Positions 10,497-20,280 are shown, numbered from the stretch's first letter. The stretch is 38,798 nucleotides of DNA from an uncultured Algimonas sp. (GCA_964477595.1 CAYZGF010000001.1:1-38798), one strand, 5' to 3'. Translations and numbers: made by a program. Notes: generated by a model not told the origin, from the letters alone.

Positions 10497-11203
10497 GAAG
10501 CCGGGCTCGCAAAAACGTGGAGTTTCTCACCTGCCCGAAGCAAGGCCTGAACAGGAGCCTTTGATAACGGCTTGGAAGCGGCGCTGTCAAAGACTTCGCG
10601 TTTGGCCTCACCCGGTATGAAAAGCACAATGAAATGAGAGTCGAGCACGGCCCGCAAAGTAAGTGTGATACGATGCGGATGATCTCCGGCGACTGGCGCA
10701 CCTGCCGCATCGACGGCGCAGAGAATATTCTCATTTCCCAAACTTAACGCGGCGTCCAATCCCTTGGAATTGGGGAACCAAGACGCCGTATGTGCATCTG
10801 ATCCCATCCCCATGACACAGACATCAAAAGGTCGGCTAATTGTCTTGAACCTTGCCTCAGCAGATTTCAGACCTTTGGCTACAGATGCATGAGGTGTTTT
10901 CAGTCCAAAGAATTTTGCCGAAGCAGCTTTATTTTGGATCAGGTGACTGCGGATGAAATCTTCATTCGATCCCTCCTGCCCCGGATCCACCCAACGTTCA
11001 TCGACGAGGCTGATCGTAACTTTAGACCAGTCCAAATTAGCATGGGATAAACGCGCATAGAGAGGTTTAGGGGAGCTTCCGCCGCTGACCATCAAACTCG
11101 CTGTTCCGCGCGTCACCAAAGCTTGCCTAAGAATAGACTCTATGGCGTGCGCAGCATTCGCGACCATGTCCCCGCTATCATGTAGTGTTGGAACGTGGCG
11201 CAT
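10493..11203 (-). CDS. pgl: 6-phosphogluconolactonase
   Basis: SGGSSP, VDERWV, GMGSDAHTASWFP, RITLT; ATG 11203 overlaps the zwf stop (TAATG). Confidence 0.93.
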   Translation of the reverse strand: MRHVPTLHDSGDMVANAAHAIESILRQALVTRGTASLMVSGGSSPKPLYARLSHANLDWSKVTISLVDERWVDPGQEGSNEDFIRSHLIQNKAASAKFFGLKTPHASVAKGLKSAEARFKTISRPFDVCVMGMGSDAHTASWFPNSKGLDAALSLGNENILCAVDAAGAPVAGDHPHRITLTLRAVLDSHFIVLFIPGEAKREVFDSAASKPLSKAPVQALLRAGEKLHVFASPAS

Positions 11204-12714
11204 TAAATGTCTGACCAATCATGGCCTTGATTGGCCAACATACGATTTGCAGCATCAGGTCCGTCCGACCCGGCGGGGTAATAAGAGACGGGTTGCTCCA
11301 CCTCTTTCCACGCATTCAGAATTCCGTCACACCAAATCCAAGCCGCTTCCACTTCGTCGCGACGCATAAAGAGAGAGAGATTTCCACGTACGACATCCAT
11401 CAGCAGGCGCTCATAGGCGTCAGGATATCTGACGGTGAAATTATCTGCATAGGATAGGTTTAAGGGCAAGGTTTTCAGTCTCAACCCACCTGCACCCGGC
11501 TCTTTAATTTCCATCCAGAGATTAACCGCCTCGTCAGGCTGTAAGCGGATGACCAATTTATTGGGATTGACCTTGATCCCCTCACCAAAAATGGAGTGCG
11601 GTGTGGGTTTGAATTGAACTATGATCTCTGAGCTGCGTGCGCTCATACGTTTGCCGGTCCGAATGTAAATCGGAACGCCGGCCCAGCGCCAATTATTCAC
11701 CTCGGCATGAATGGCTGTATAAGTTTCGCAATCGCTCTCTTCAATATCGACATCTGTCAGGTAATCAGGCGCAGACTCGCCATCGACTTTACCTTTAACA
11801 TATTGACCGCGAACTGTTTTTTCCCGGACGTTTTCAGCCGTAATCGGCGCTAAGGCGCGGAGGACTTTGATTTTTTCCAAGCGTAAATCATCGGCATCGG
11901 TAGAGCCAGGTGCTTCCATCATCGTCAAACAAAGCAGTTGGAGGAGATGGTTTTGCACCATATCTCGCAATGCGCCCGACTTGTCATAATAGGCCCCGCG
12001 CCCGCCCGCACCGATACTTTCGGCAACGGTGATCTCGATGTGTTCGATTGAATCTCGATTCCAAAGAGGCTCGAGAAGGACGTTCCCGAAACGCAGAACC
12101 AATAAGTTTTGAACCGTTTCTTTCCCGAGGAAATGATCAATTCGGTAAATCCGTTTCTCAGAGAAAACCTTGCCAACGGCTTCGTTGATTTCGTCTGCGG
12201 ATTTAAAATCATGACCCAGCGGTTTTTCGAGAACGACGCGGCTCTGATTATGCGCGAGACCTGCAGATTTCAGACCTTGGCAAATATTTGAAAACAGCGC
12301 CGGAGGCATGGCCAAGTAGAACACCCTTATGAGCTTTTCTGACTTATCCAGCTTTTCACCTAAACCCGCCCAATCTTTATCAGTTGTCACGTCAACGGCC
12401 ACGTAATCGACCAGCTTACAAAAAGCGTCCCATTGCGTTTCCGAGAACGCTTCATCCACGACGAAGGTTCTATACGCGTCCTTGATCATTTTCAGATATT
12501 CATCGCGCGTTAGCTTGGACCGTGACGCGCCGATAATTTTAGAGGCTTTTGGAATCTGGCCGTCACAAAAACGGTGGTAAAGTGACGGGATGAGTTTGCG
12601 ACGTGCAAGATCGCCCGTTCCGCCAAATACGACAATTTCAAAAGGTTCAACCGGAACGAATGTTGAGCCCGCTTCTTGAGCAGAGTCAGATGTTTTGGTG
12701 TTTGGATTGGCCAC
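11203..12714 (-). CDS. zwf: Glucose-6-phosphate 1-dehydrogenase
   Basis: GGTGDLARRK, EKPLG, RIDHFLGKE, RDMVQNH, RTGKR, AYERLL. Confidence 0.97.
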   Translation of the reverse strand: MANPNTKTSDSAQEAGSTFVPVEPFEIVVFGGTGDLARRKLIPSLYHRFCDGQIPKASKIIGASRSKLTRDEYLKMIKDAYRTFVVDEAFSETQWDAFCKLVDYVAVDVTTDKDWAGLGEKLDKSEKLIRVFYLAMPPALFSNICQGLKSAGLAHNQSRVVLEKPLGHDFKSADEINEAVGKVFSEKRIYRIDHFLGKETVQNLLVLRFGNVLLEPLWNRDSIEHIEITVAESIGAGGRGAYYDKSGALRDMVQNHLLQLLCLTMMEAPGSTDADDLRLEKIKVLRALAPITAENVREKTVRGQYVKGKVDGESAPDYLTDVDIEESDCETYTAIHAEVNNWRWAGVPIYIRTGKRMSARSSEIIVQFKPTPHSIFGEGIKVNPNKLVIRLQPDEAVNLWMEIKEPGAGGLRLKTLPLNLSYADNFTVRYPDAYERLLMDVVRGNLSLFMRRDEVEAAWIWCDGILNAWKEVEQPVSYYPAGSDGPDAANRMLANQGHDWSDI

Positions 12715-12796
12715 CTTATTTCCCTTTAGACAGACGGAATTTAAATTCCCTCAAGTGGATCGTCTCATGCGACCTTACTTTTCGTATGTCTAGTTA

Positions 12797-12810
12797 TGAC
12801 AGCGCTGTCA
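12797..12810. promoter_or_regulatory. LacI-type operator (perfect palindrome TGACAGCGCTGTCA) upstream of zwf, overlapping a TTGACA -35 hexamer on the minus strand
   Basis: Perfect 14-bp palindrome with central CG typical of LacI/GalR operators; near-identical copies at 20348 and 20408; LacI gene adjacent. Confidence 0.85.
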
Positions 12811-12865
12811 ACAATGAAGAAATGTTCGTTTTCGAAAATCGCTTTATAATTGTGCTTGTGACGAT

Positions 12866-13885
12866 TTATTTGAGGTCGGTGACCGAGTCCCGCAACATAA
12901 TTTCAAAATCTAAAATCTGCCCTTTTTCCGCCTTTTCATCGGACCTTCGCACAAGCTCTTTTGCGGCCTGATGACCCATTTTATAAATGGGTTGTCGCAC
13001 GGTCGTCAGTGCAGGCCAGACCACACGCGCAAGGGGCGTATCGTCAAATCCGCAGACGGATAACTCATTCGGAACATTCAAGCCCATCTGCCCGGCAACA
13101 GAAATGACGGCCGCCGCCATGTCATCATTTGATGCGAATATCGCTGTCGGGCGTTCGGCCTCTGCCCCGGCCAAAAGTTGACGAGCCGCAGCAGCCCCCG
13201 ACTCAAAGGAAAAGTCCCCCTGAACGATTTGGCTGTCCAACACAGAAAGACCCGCTTCCTGCATAGCACGCATATAGCCGGCATGACGCAAGGACGTTGC
13301 GGCATGATCAACATGCCCTAGAATAAAGGCAATTCTTTCGTGGCCTTGCGCCAAAAGATGTTGGGTCATTTGATAGGCAGCGGTTTCATCATCCATGCCT
13401 ACAAAAGCCTGGGAACCGCCATTTTTAGGGGCGATACGAACGCATTTGACATTTAGCTCTGCAAGCACGTCTAAGACGTCCTGATTATCGCTCAAGGGTG
13501 GCGTTAAAATCACGCCATCAACGGGCAACTTGTCCAAGATCACTCTAATCCGTCTGACCTTATCCTCATGAGCCGCGTCGTCGCTGAGCGACAAAGGCTC
13601 TACAACTAAGTGGTATCCCACTTCGCGGCAGGCATCGATGGCCCCGCGTTGGATATGAGAAATATAATTCGGCGATGGATTGTCGTAAATCAACGCAATC
13701 AAATAGGACTTGGATGTCGCAAGCCCGCGGGCAGCAAGATTGGTCGAATATCTCAACTCATCCGCGATTGCTTTCACACGCGCACGGGTCTTTTCCGCCA
13801 CATTGGGTTCATTGTTCAGAACCCGTGAGACAGTCTTCATGGAGACACCGGCACGTTTCGCAACGTCAGTAATCGTAGCTTTCAT
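12866..13885 (-). CDS. LacI-family transcriptional regulator
   Basis: MKATITDVAKRAGVSMKTVSRVLN helix-turn-helix, hinge YSTNLAARGL, SVCGFDD, LTTVRQP; start at ATG 13885. Confidence 0.95.
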   Translation of the reverse strand: MKATITDVAKRAGVSMKTVSRVLNNEPNVAEKTRARVKAIADELRYSTNLAARGLATSKSYLIALIYDNPSPNYISHIQRGAIDACREVGYHLVVEPLSLSDDAAHEDKVRRIRVILDKLPVDGVILTPPLSDNQDVLDVLAELNVKCVRIAPKNGGSQAFVGMDDETAAYQMTQHLLAQGHERIAFILGHVDHAATSLRHAGYMRAMQEAGLSVLDSQIVQGDFSFESGAAAARQLLAGAEAERPTAIFASNDDMAAAVISVAGQMGLNVPNELSVCGFDDTPLARVVWPALTTVRQPIYKMGHQAAKELVRRSDEKAEKGQILDFEIMLRDSVTDLK

Positions 13886-14034
13886 AATCGTGGGCCCCTT
13901 CCCCAAGACCGCGGCACGATCGCATGAAAATGCGACCAAGCGACCCTCCCTGCGACATTATGGTCTTTTTGCCAATTCGTCGCAAGAAAGGTGTAGTTAA
14001 TATAGCTCAACTTTCGTTGAAAAATGACCGTATT

Positions 14035-16590
14035 TTAGTTCAAACAAACGGCCTGCCCCTCATTTGCGACTAAGCGAATATCCGACAGGCTAAATTTCGC
14101 GGCTCCGTCCGACTCAATCACAACAGGCGAGCGAACATATTCCATGCCGGATGCATCACCCATACAAGAGAGCTTGACTGACACTTCAGCCCATTCACCG
14201 GGTTTTGCGTCTTGCAAAACACCCGATAATAAATTGTCGACAGAGCACGTCGTGCCACCGCAATCCAGTCCTAAACGAACAGACGCGTTCTCTGCACCTA
14301 TTTCCGGACGAATGCGGACGTAAAGCGCCATATCGCCCGTATTTTGACGGCGCAGATCAATTGGTGTTCCACGGATTTCAAAACGCCCGGCATCGCTGAA
14401 TTCCAATGTTCGAATGTTTTCTTGAACGCCGTCATCCGCAGACATGATTTTCACATTTCCGCCCGGGCTTTCCGCGCGCGATGTTTTGACGGTCAACTTA
14501 CCTGACGCATCGCCGACGATCATTTCCCAAGGGAAGACAGCCTTACCCGCTTTGAAGAACTCACTCTCATTTTTCTGAGACAGCTCAATGCCTGCATCTT
14601 CTGATAAAGCCGCTAATTTGCCATCATCGGCATATGTCAGGCCAAATCCATAAGCAAAAAGCGGATCATAATCCTCGTCATCATAATTTAACGGGGTCTG
14701 AATCGCCGTGCGCGGCCATGAGTAGGATAGCGTCCCTTTGAAATCGATAGGCGCACCTGCATCATCCTGCCCAAACAGAACATCCATAGCATATCCACCT
14801 TCAGAGCCAGGCAGCCAAGCGGCAACGAAAGCATTAGACGCATTGATCTCGCGGTTCATCCACATCGGACGACCTGATAGGAAAACGGCAACAGTTGGAA
14901 TGCCGTCAGCTTGGAATTTCTTGAGCAAGTTTAGATCAGTGTCATCTCCCGGCTTATAAGCCAGCGTGTCGATATCACCTTTAAACTCAGCATAAGGGTC
15001 TTCACCAAATACGACGATAGCAACAGTTGGTGTCCCGGTATAAACGCCTTCATCATCAGCTTGGATGACCTTGCCGGACCCGGTTTCTAAATGCCGCTTA
15101 ATTCCATCCAACATTGATGACCCGCCGGGGAAATCAGAATTGGAGTTCCCGGTCCCTTGCCAGGACAGAGTCCAGCCACCGGATTGCTTGCCGATATTAT
15201 CCACGCCGTCGCCTGCAACCACGATGGTCGCGTCATTAGAGAGCGGCAGCACACCGTCATTTTTCAAAAGAACAAGAGACTCACGAACCGCCTGTCGTGC
15301 CACCGCTTTGGACGCCGGATCTTGCAGCAGATCATATTGACCCGCCACACCGCGTGAGGACGGCTTACCGGCTTCAAATAATCCCGCCCGTAATTTTACG
15401 CGCAAGATGCGACGCACGGCATCGTCCAAACGCGCCAAATCAATCTCGCCATCTTCAGCTTGCTTTAGCGTCGTGTCAAAAAGCCCGCGCCAGCTATCGG
15501 GTGCCATAAACATATCGAGGCCAGCATGTAGGGCTTCCGGGCAATCCGTATTCGTACAGCTGTCGAGTTGCCCATGAGCATTCCAATCGCCAACGATAAA
15601 GCCATCAAATCCCATTTGACCCTTTAGGACATCCGTCAAAAGCCCTTTATGCCCCGTCAATTTCTTACCCTGCCAAGACGAGAAACTCGCCATGACGGAT
15701 TGAACGCCCGCTTCTAAGGCCGGTGGATATCCTGCGCCATGAATGTCGCGGATTTCTTCCTCTGTCTCGATTGAATCACCTTGGTCCCGGCCTTGGTTCG
15801 TCCCACCATCGGCTAAGAAATGTTTGGCCGTTGCAATGACGTGATCTCCTGTCAGCCAATCACCTGCGCCGACTTCACCTTGAATACCACGGATAAGTTC
15901 TCCCGCATAAGATGCCGTGATCTCGGGGTTCTCTGAATAGCCCTCATATGTCCGCCCCCAGCGGTCATCCCGTACAACGGCAATCGTCGGCGCAAAGGTC
16001 CATTCCTGCGCACCAACACGGATTTCCTGAGCCGTAATCGCGCCAATCTTACCGAGCAGTTCCGGATTACGCGTCGCGCCCAAGCCAATATTATGAGGGA
16101 AAACCGTCGCGCCCGGAATATTATTATGACCGTGAACGGCATCCGTGCCCCAGATCATCGGGATGAAGATGTTATCGCCATAGGCTTCTTTCGAGGCCTC
16201 ATAAAATTCATCCGCCAATTTCACCCATGCAGATGCGGGAGACCGATTATCGCCATTTGGCGCAGAATTGCCCCCGTTTAAGATGGAGCCCAGCGGATAA
16301 GTCTTCAAATCCTCCGGGCCGATTGACCCGATGTCCGCTTGAATGATCTGACCTACCTTTTGACGAAGAGTCATTTGCGCCATAATATCCGTGATGCGGG
16401 CTTCCATATCTGCGTCCAAGCCGACCGGGCTTTCAACTTTTGGCCAGATTGACGGATCAACGGAACCGGGCGCACGAAGCTCGGTCGTATCGGTCACGAC
16501 AGCAGGCGCATCTAAGTCCTCACTACAAGCCGCAAGGCTCAGACAGAGGGCTAAAACCGAAACGGATTTCAATGAAAATTTACGGAACAT
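14035..16590 (-). CDS. GH3 beta-glucosidase / exo-1,3/1,4-beta-glucanase-like lipoprotein with a C-terminal accessory domain
   Basis: DAVHGH, RWGRTYEG, AKHFLADG, VGDWNA nucleophile motif, GEDPYAE, AWLPGSEG; lipobox LAAC. Confidence 0.92.
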   Translation of the reverse strand: MFRKFSLKSVSVLALCLSLAACSEDLDAPAVVTDTTELRAPGSVDPSIWPKVESPVGLDADMEARITDIMAQMTLRQKVGQIIQADIGSIGPEDLKTYPLGSILNGGNSAPNGDNRSPASAWVKLADEFYEASKEAYGDNIFIPMIWGTDAVHGHNNIPGATVFPHNIGLGATRNPELLGKIGAITAQEIRVGAQEWTFAPTIAVVRDDRWGRTYEGYSENPEITASYAGELIRGIQGEVGAGDWLTGDHVIATAKHFLADGGTNQGRDQGDSIETEEEIRDIHGAGYPPALEAGVQSVMASFSSWQGKKLTGHKGLLTDVLKGQMGFDGFIVGDWNAHGQLDSCTNTDCPEALHAGLDMFMAPDSWRGLFDTTLKQAEDGEIDLARLDDAVRRILRVKLRAGLFEAGKPSSRGVAGQYDLLQDPASKAVARQAVRESLVLLKNDGVLPLSNDATIVVAGDGVDNIGKQSGGWTLSWQGTGNSNSDFPGGSSMLDGIKRHLETGSGKVIQADDEGVYTGTPTVAIVVFGEDPYAEFKGDIDTLAYKPGDDTDLNLLKKFQADGIPTVAVFLSGRPMWMNREINASNAFVAAWLPGSEGGYAMDVLFGQDDAGAPIDFKGTLSYSWPRTAIQTPLNYDDEDYDPLFAYGFGLTYADDGKLAALSEDAGIELSQKNESEFFKAGKAVFPWEMIVGDASGKLTVKTSRAESPGGNVKIMSADDGVQENIRTLEFSDAGRFEIRGTPIDLRRQNTGDMALYVRIRPEIGAENASVRLGLDCGGTTCSVDNLLSGVLQDAKPGEWAEVSVKLSCMGDASGMEYVRSPVVIESDGAAKFSLSDIRLVANEGQAVCLN

Positions 16591-16843
16591 GAGAGGTCCT
16601 TACAAAGTGGTTGCAACAGCGGTTACACGGGGCCGTTGACGAGGTGGGTTGTGAATGGCGCACCGAAAAACTATCGGCACTTGGCAGAGCGGTTCCAAAT
16701 AAAGGTCAACGAAAGAGACGAACGGAACGTGTCGGAAGACACATCGAGTCTCTTGGCGTCGTTGGAATTAAGCTAAAAAAAGTCGCAGAAACGTAAAGCC
16801 AATCGATCAAAAACCGATCGGATGGATAGGAATTGTCTCGCGG

Positions 16844-16912
16844 CTAAAGGCCCAAAAGGGCGAGAAGCACCAGAACAATCGCAATCAGAATTTGTTTCGC
16901 AATAGCAATCAT
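16844..16912 (-). CDS. Putative 22-aa hydrophobic small protein MIAIAKQILIAIVLVLLALLGL (not in the ORF track)
   Basis: ATG 16912 to TAG 16844; AAAGGA Shine-Dalgarno-like sequence (16918-16923) 5 nt upstream; one TM-like hydrophobic helix; sits in an otherwise empty 380-bp intergenic region. Confidence 0.55.
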   Translation of the reverse strand: MIAIAKQILIAIVLVLLALLGL

Positions 16913-16972
16913 AGATTTCCTTTATCTTTAAAATCCGGCTTTGACCAGACTGATTCAACGAATTTTCGAGTT

Positions 16973-18667
16973 TCACTTAACATATGGCAAAAGCGCATTT
17001 CCCCAGACGGCATATCCGGCCTCATTCAGGTGCAATCCATCATAGGTCAGCTCACTGCGTAGCGTTCCGTCATCGGCCGCAAATATGTCGGTCAAATCGA
17101 TGTGAACTGCCCCGTATTTTTGTGTCACCTCAGCCTGCATAGCATTCACCTTTGCGACCTTTTCCAGCTTATCGGTTTCACGCGGCAGGACGGATTGGAC
17201 GATGATGTCTGCCTGAGGTTCCTGTTCCCGCAGGCCTGACAGCAAATTGTCAAAATGCTTTTTCATCTCTTCCAAGGGCACACCCAAAGAAATATCATTT
17301 GTCCCAATCTTGATAAAAATCTGTTCCGGTTCTGACGGTTCGACCAACGGCAATCTTAAAACCGCACCTTCCGTTACGTCCCATGACACGCCGTGATTTC
17401 CGACTGGCAAGTTAAAGGGGTAGGTTTCTTTATCTGCCTGCCACATCCAAGCTTCGGTGATACTGTCCCCAATAAGAATTGTTCCACTTGAAACGGGTGC
17501 TTTTTGAGAGACCTCTTCCAAACGTTTACCGAAATGCGCCTGCCCGCCCTCGGGCAAAACATCGGGCGCTTGAATGGCGGGCGGCATGGCGATCTCTTCA
17601 CCGTCCCAGCCTAAAACCACCTCCAGATGATCCGTCAGCGCATTGGCCATCTTCTTCATCGACGTGATGCCGGGGTGGTAGTTACAGCTCCAGATAACAC
17701 CGTAATCCGAGAGCTCGACATCCAGTGACGACATATTTTCATCGCGAAGCTCCGCCAACGCCCAATCACGACCATCGCGGATGGCAGCGCCCTTCTCCCC
17801 AGTTAGAAGCGGCCCACCGACAGTCACAATATGTGCATTGGGATAAGTCCCACGGAGCTCTGACAGCATATCCTGATATCCGACGCGAAAGGCATCCTGC
17901 CCCGGATCAATCACCGACCAGTCATTGGTCCCCAGCAGCACAATAACAGCGTCGGGCGTGAAAAGACTGTGATCCCATTTTGCATCCGGTTCATCCGGCA
18001 GCGCCAGATCAATCTGTTCCGGCATCACAGGCGCAGGGTTAGAGTCCCAATTATGGATGACCCCTCGTCCTGAAATCGCGATCAAATGCGCGTCAGCCTT
18101 CACAGCCTCAGCCGTTAAATGGGCATAACTGTCCAAGGGCGCATGAAGCTTGGGCGAATTCTCACAGGTCTTCGTCGTGCCCGCAACACCGAACCCTGCC
18201 GTGATGGAATCGCCGAGGAACAACATCTTTCGCGACTTTGGCGCAAAAGGCGTAAATTCGCCTTCTAACTCCGGAACATCCAATTCGAACATCCCCGTAT
18301 CATAGCTCTCGGTGCGACGGGTCAGGCGGACATGAAAATCATCAGGTGTGTCTGCCTCGACCAACACATATTCATGCGTTCCGGGTTTAAGATCGAGAAT
18401 ATGTGTGTCGTCATTGACTTGGAGGTCCATGAAACCCTGACCGCCATCGGTGATTTCAATCGTCGCTTTCGTGCCTTTAAAAGCGAACTCAGTCCCGCTT
18501 CCGGGCCAGCCGGCTTTTTGTTTGTCATCTTCCGTCCAGACATAGCGACCCAGCGTTTGAAGAACAATGTCGTCCTCCGCATTGCCCATATCCGCCGAAC
18601 CGCAGGCAGACATAAAAAAGGCCAGCCCAAACAGGCTGACCTTTGAATATGTGGATAGGACCCGCAA
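16973..18667 (-). CDS. Tandem SGNH/GDSL hydrolase: CE2-like acetylxylan esterase domain plus a second SGNH domain; possible lipoprotein
   Basis: Domain 1: WPGSG, GDSITAGFG, GTND, CNYHP; domain 2: GDSITE, GTND, DGLHL; FFMSAC lipobox-like; start inferred at TTG 18667 because ATG 18724 lies inside the upstream gene. Confidence 0.82.
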   Translation of the reverse strand: MRVLSTYSKVSLFGLAFFMSACGSADMGNAEDDIVLQTLGRYVWTEDDKQKAGWPGSGTEFAFKGTKATIEITDGGQGFMDLQVNDDTHILDLKPGTHEYVLVEADTPDDFHVRLTRRTESYDTGMFELDVPELEGEFTPFAPKSRKMLFLGDSITAGFGVAGTTKTCENSPKLHAPLDSYAHLTAEAVKADAHLIAISGRGVIHNWDSNPAPVMPEQIDLALPDEPDAKWDHSLFTPDAVIVLLGTNDWSVIDPGQDAFRVGYQDMLSELRGTYPNAHIVTVGGPLLTGEKGAAIRDGRDWALAELRDENMSSLDVELSDYGVIWSCNYHPGITSMKKMANALTDHLEVVLGWDGEEIAMPPAIQAPDVLPEGGQAHFGKRLEEVSQKAPVSSGTILIGDSITEAWMWQADKETYPFNLPVGNHGVSWDVTEGAVLRLPLVEPSEPEQIFIKIGTNDISLGVPLEEMKKHFDNLLSGLREQEPQADIIVQSVLPRETDKLEKVAKVNAMQAEVTQKYGAVHIDLTDIFAADDGTLRSELTYDGLHLNEAGYAVWGNALLPYVK

Positions 18668-18669
18668 GC

Positions 18670-20280
18670 TTACCAGAAGACGACGTAGAGCACGACGAGG
18701 ACGATCGCGATGATGACGGTCCAAACATTGAAGCTTGTCGCGGTTTTAAACTGCACATCACCCAGCGGAACCAAACGCTCTTCTTCGGGTGTCTTCGTCA
18801 TGTGGCTGGCAGCGATACCAAGCGCCAAGCACATTAGGAAGATAATCCAAATCCGGTTAACGAAAGAGAGATCAATCGCGCCGCTATTTGTCAAAGTATA
18901 TAGGACTGCGGAAACGATGACTGAAACGATAAGTGCCGTGAACGCGCCAACTGAATTTGCGCGTTGATAGAACATGCCCAATAAGAAGACAGCCACGACA
19001 CCCGGCGCGATAAAGCCAGTCAAATCCTGCACTGTTTGGAAGCCGGACTCGAACCCGCCAATAAATGGCTTTGCGACAAGCACGGCAATGATCATCGCCA
19101 CAATAGAAACGATCCGACCAACATTGACGTAGTGCTTCTCGTCCCGATCTGTCGCGATATTCGTCTTATAGACATCCATCGTGAAGATGGTGGAGATGGA
19201 GTTCACCATTGATGCCAAAGACGAAACGATAGCTGCGACGAGCGCCGCGAAGATCAACCCGCGCAATCCTGCAGGCATAAGCCCCATGACTGATGGATAA
19301 GTCCGGTCTGTTTTCTCATTCAACAAATCCGCATCAAGGGCTCCAAATTCCGGCATAGCCAGCATGACGGCTGCGATACCCGGCAGAACGATAATCAATG
19401 GCATAATCAGCTTCAGAGCCGCCGCAAAAACGAGACCCTTTTGCGCTTCCGGCAGATCTTTCGCGCCCAAGGCACGTTGAATAATATATTGGTTAAAGCC
19501 CCAATAGTTTAGGTGCAAAATCCACAGACCGCCTAAAAGCGTCCAAATCCCCGGCATAGCATCATAGCCCGTTGGGTTAGCTTCCTTGTCGAAAATCATA
19601 TCGAATTTGTCAGGAAGCTCTGTGTACATCCGGCCCAAACCGTCGGTCACAGACCCGCCGCCAATCATGGACATGGTCAGCCAAGCGATAATCAATCCGC
19701 CAATAATCAAGATCACAACTTGGATAATGTCAGTCAGCGCGACAGCTTTCAGACCACCAAAAATGGAATAAGCAATCGCGAAGGCCCCCAAAGCTGCCAT
19801 CGCCGGTAAGACGCTCATGCCTGTGAGTGTTTCAACGGCCAATCCGCCGAGCCAAAGGACAACTGTCAAATTCACGACGGTGTAAAGGGCGATCCAATAG
19901 ATCGACATGGTTGTTTTCACGCCATGACCGAAACGCTGGTCTAAGAATTGCGGCATGGTGTAGATTTCACGCTTTAAGAAAATAGGCAGGAAATATTTCG
20001 CCACAAGAATCAGAACAATTGCGGCTTGCCATTCATAAGCTGCGATTGCGAGACCGATCCGGTACCCTTCCCCACTCATGCCGATAATCTGTTCGGCAGA
20101 GATGTTAGCCGCAATCAGAGACGCACCAATCGCCCACCATGGCAAAGACTTGCCGGCAAGGAAGTAATCTTCGGTGGTTTTCACTGTGCCTTTCGGCTCT
20201 CGCGAGACATAAAGCGCCACGCCAAATAGAATAACGGCGTATAACGCCAGGACGACGAAGTCCAAATTGGTGAGAGACAT
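18670..20280 (-). CDS. Sodium:sugar symporter (SSS family, vSGLT-like)
   Basis: DYFLAGKSLPWWAIGASLIAANISAEQ, GGLKAVALTD, NQYIIQRALGA; many hydrophobic helices; AGGGGA SD. Confidence 0.93.
   Translation of the reverse strand: MSLTNLDFVVLALYAVILFGVALYVSREPKGTVKTTEDYFLAGKSLPWWAIGASLIAANISAEQIIGMSGEGYRIGLAIAAYEWQAAIVLILVAKYFLPIFLKREIYTMPQFLDQRFGHGVKTTMSIYWIALYTVVNLTVVLWLGGLAVETLTGMSVLPAMAALGAFAIAYSIFGGLKAVALTDIIQVVILIIGGLIIAWLTMSMIGGGSVTDGLGRMYTELPDKFDMIFDKEANPTGYDAMPGIWTLLGGLWILHLNYWGFNQYIIQRALGAKDLPEAQKGLVFAAALKLIMPLIIVLPGIAAVMLAMPEFGALDADLLNEKTDRTYPSVMGLMPAGLRGLIFAALVAAIVSSLASMVNSISTIFTMDVYKTNIATDRDEKHYVNVGRIVSIVAMIIAVLVAKPFIGGFESGFQTVQDLTGFIAPGVVAVFLLGMFYQRANSVGAFTALIVSVIVSAVLYTLTNSGAIDLSFVNRIWIIFLMCLALGIAASHMTKTPEEERLVPLGDVQFKTATSFNVWTVIIAIVLVVLYVVFW

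Noticed and set aside
16773-16976. 67-aa ORF on the minus strand after the esterase
   Set aside because: No convincing SD or motif; the nested 22-codon frame has a better SD and a coherent hydrophobic product
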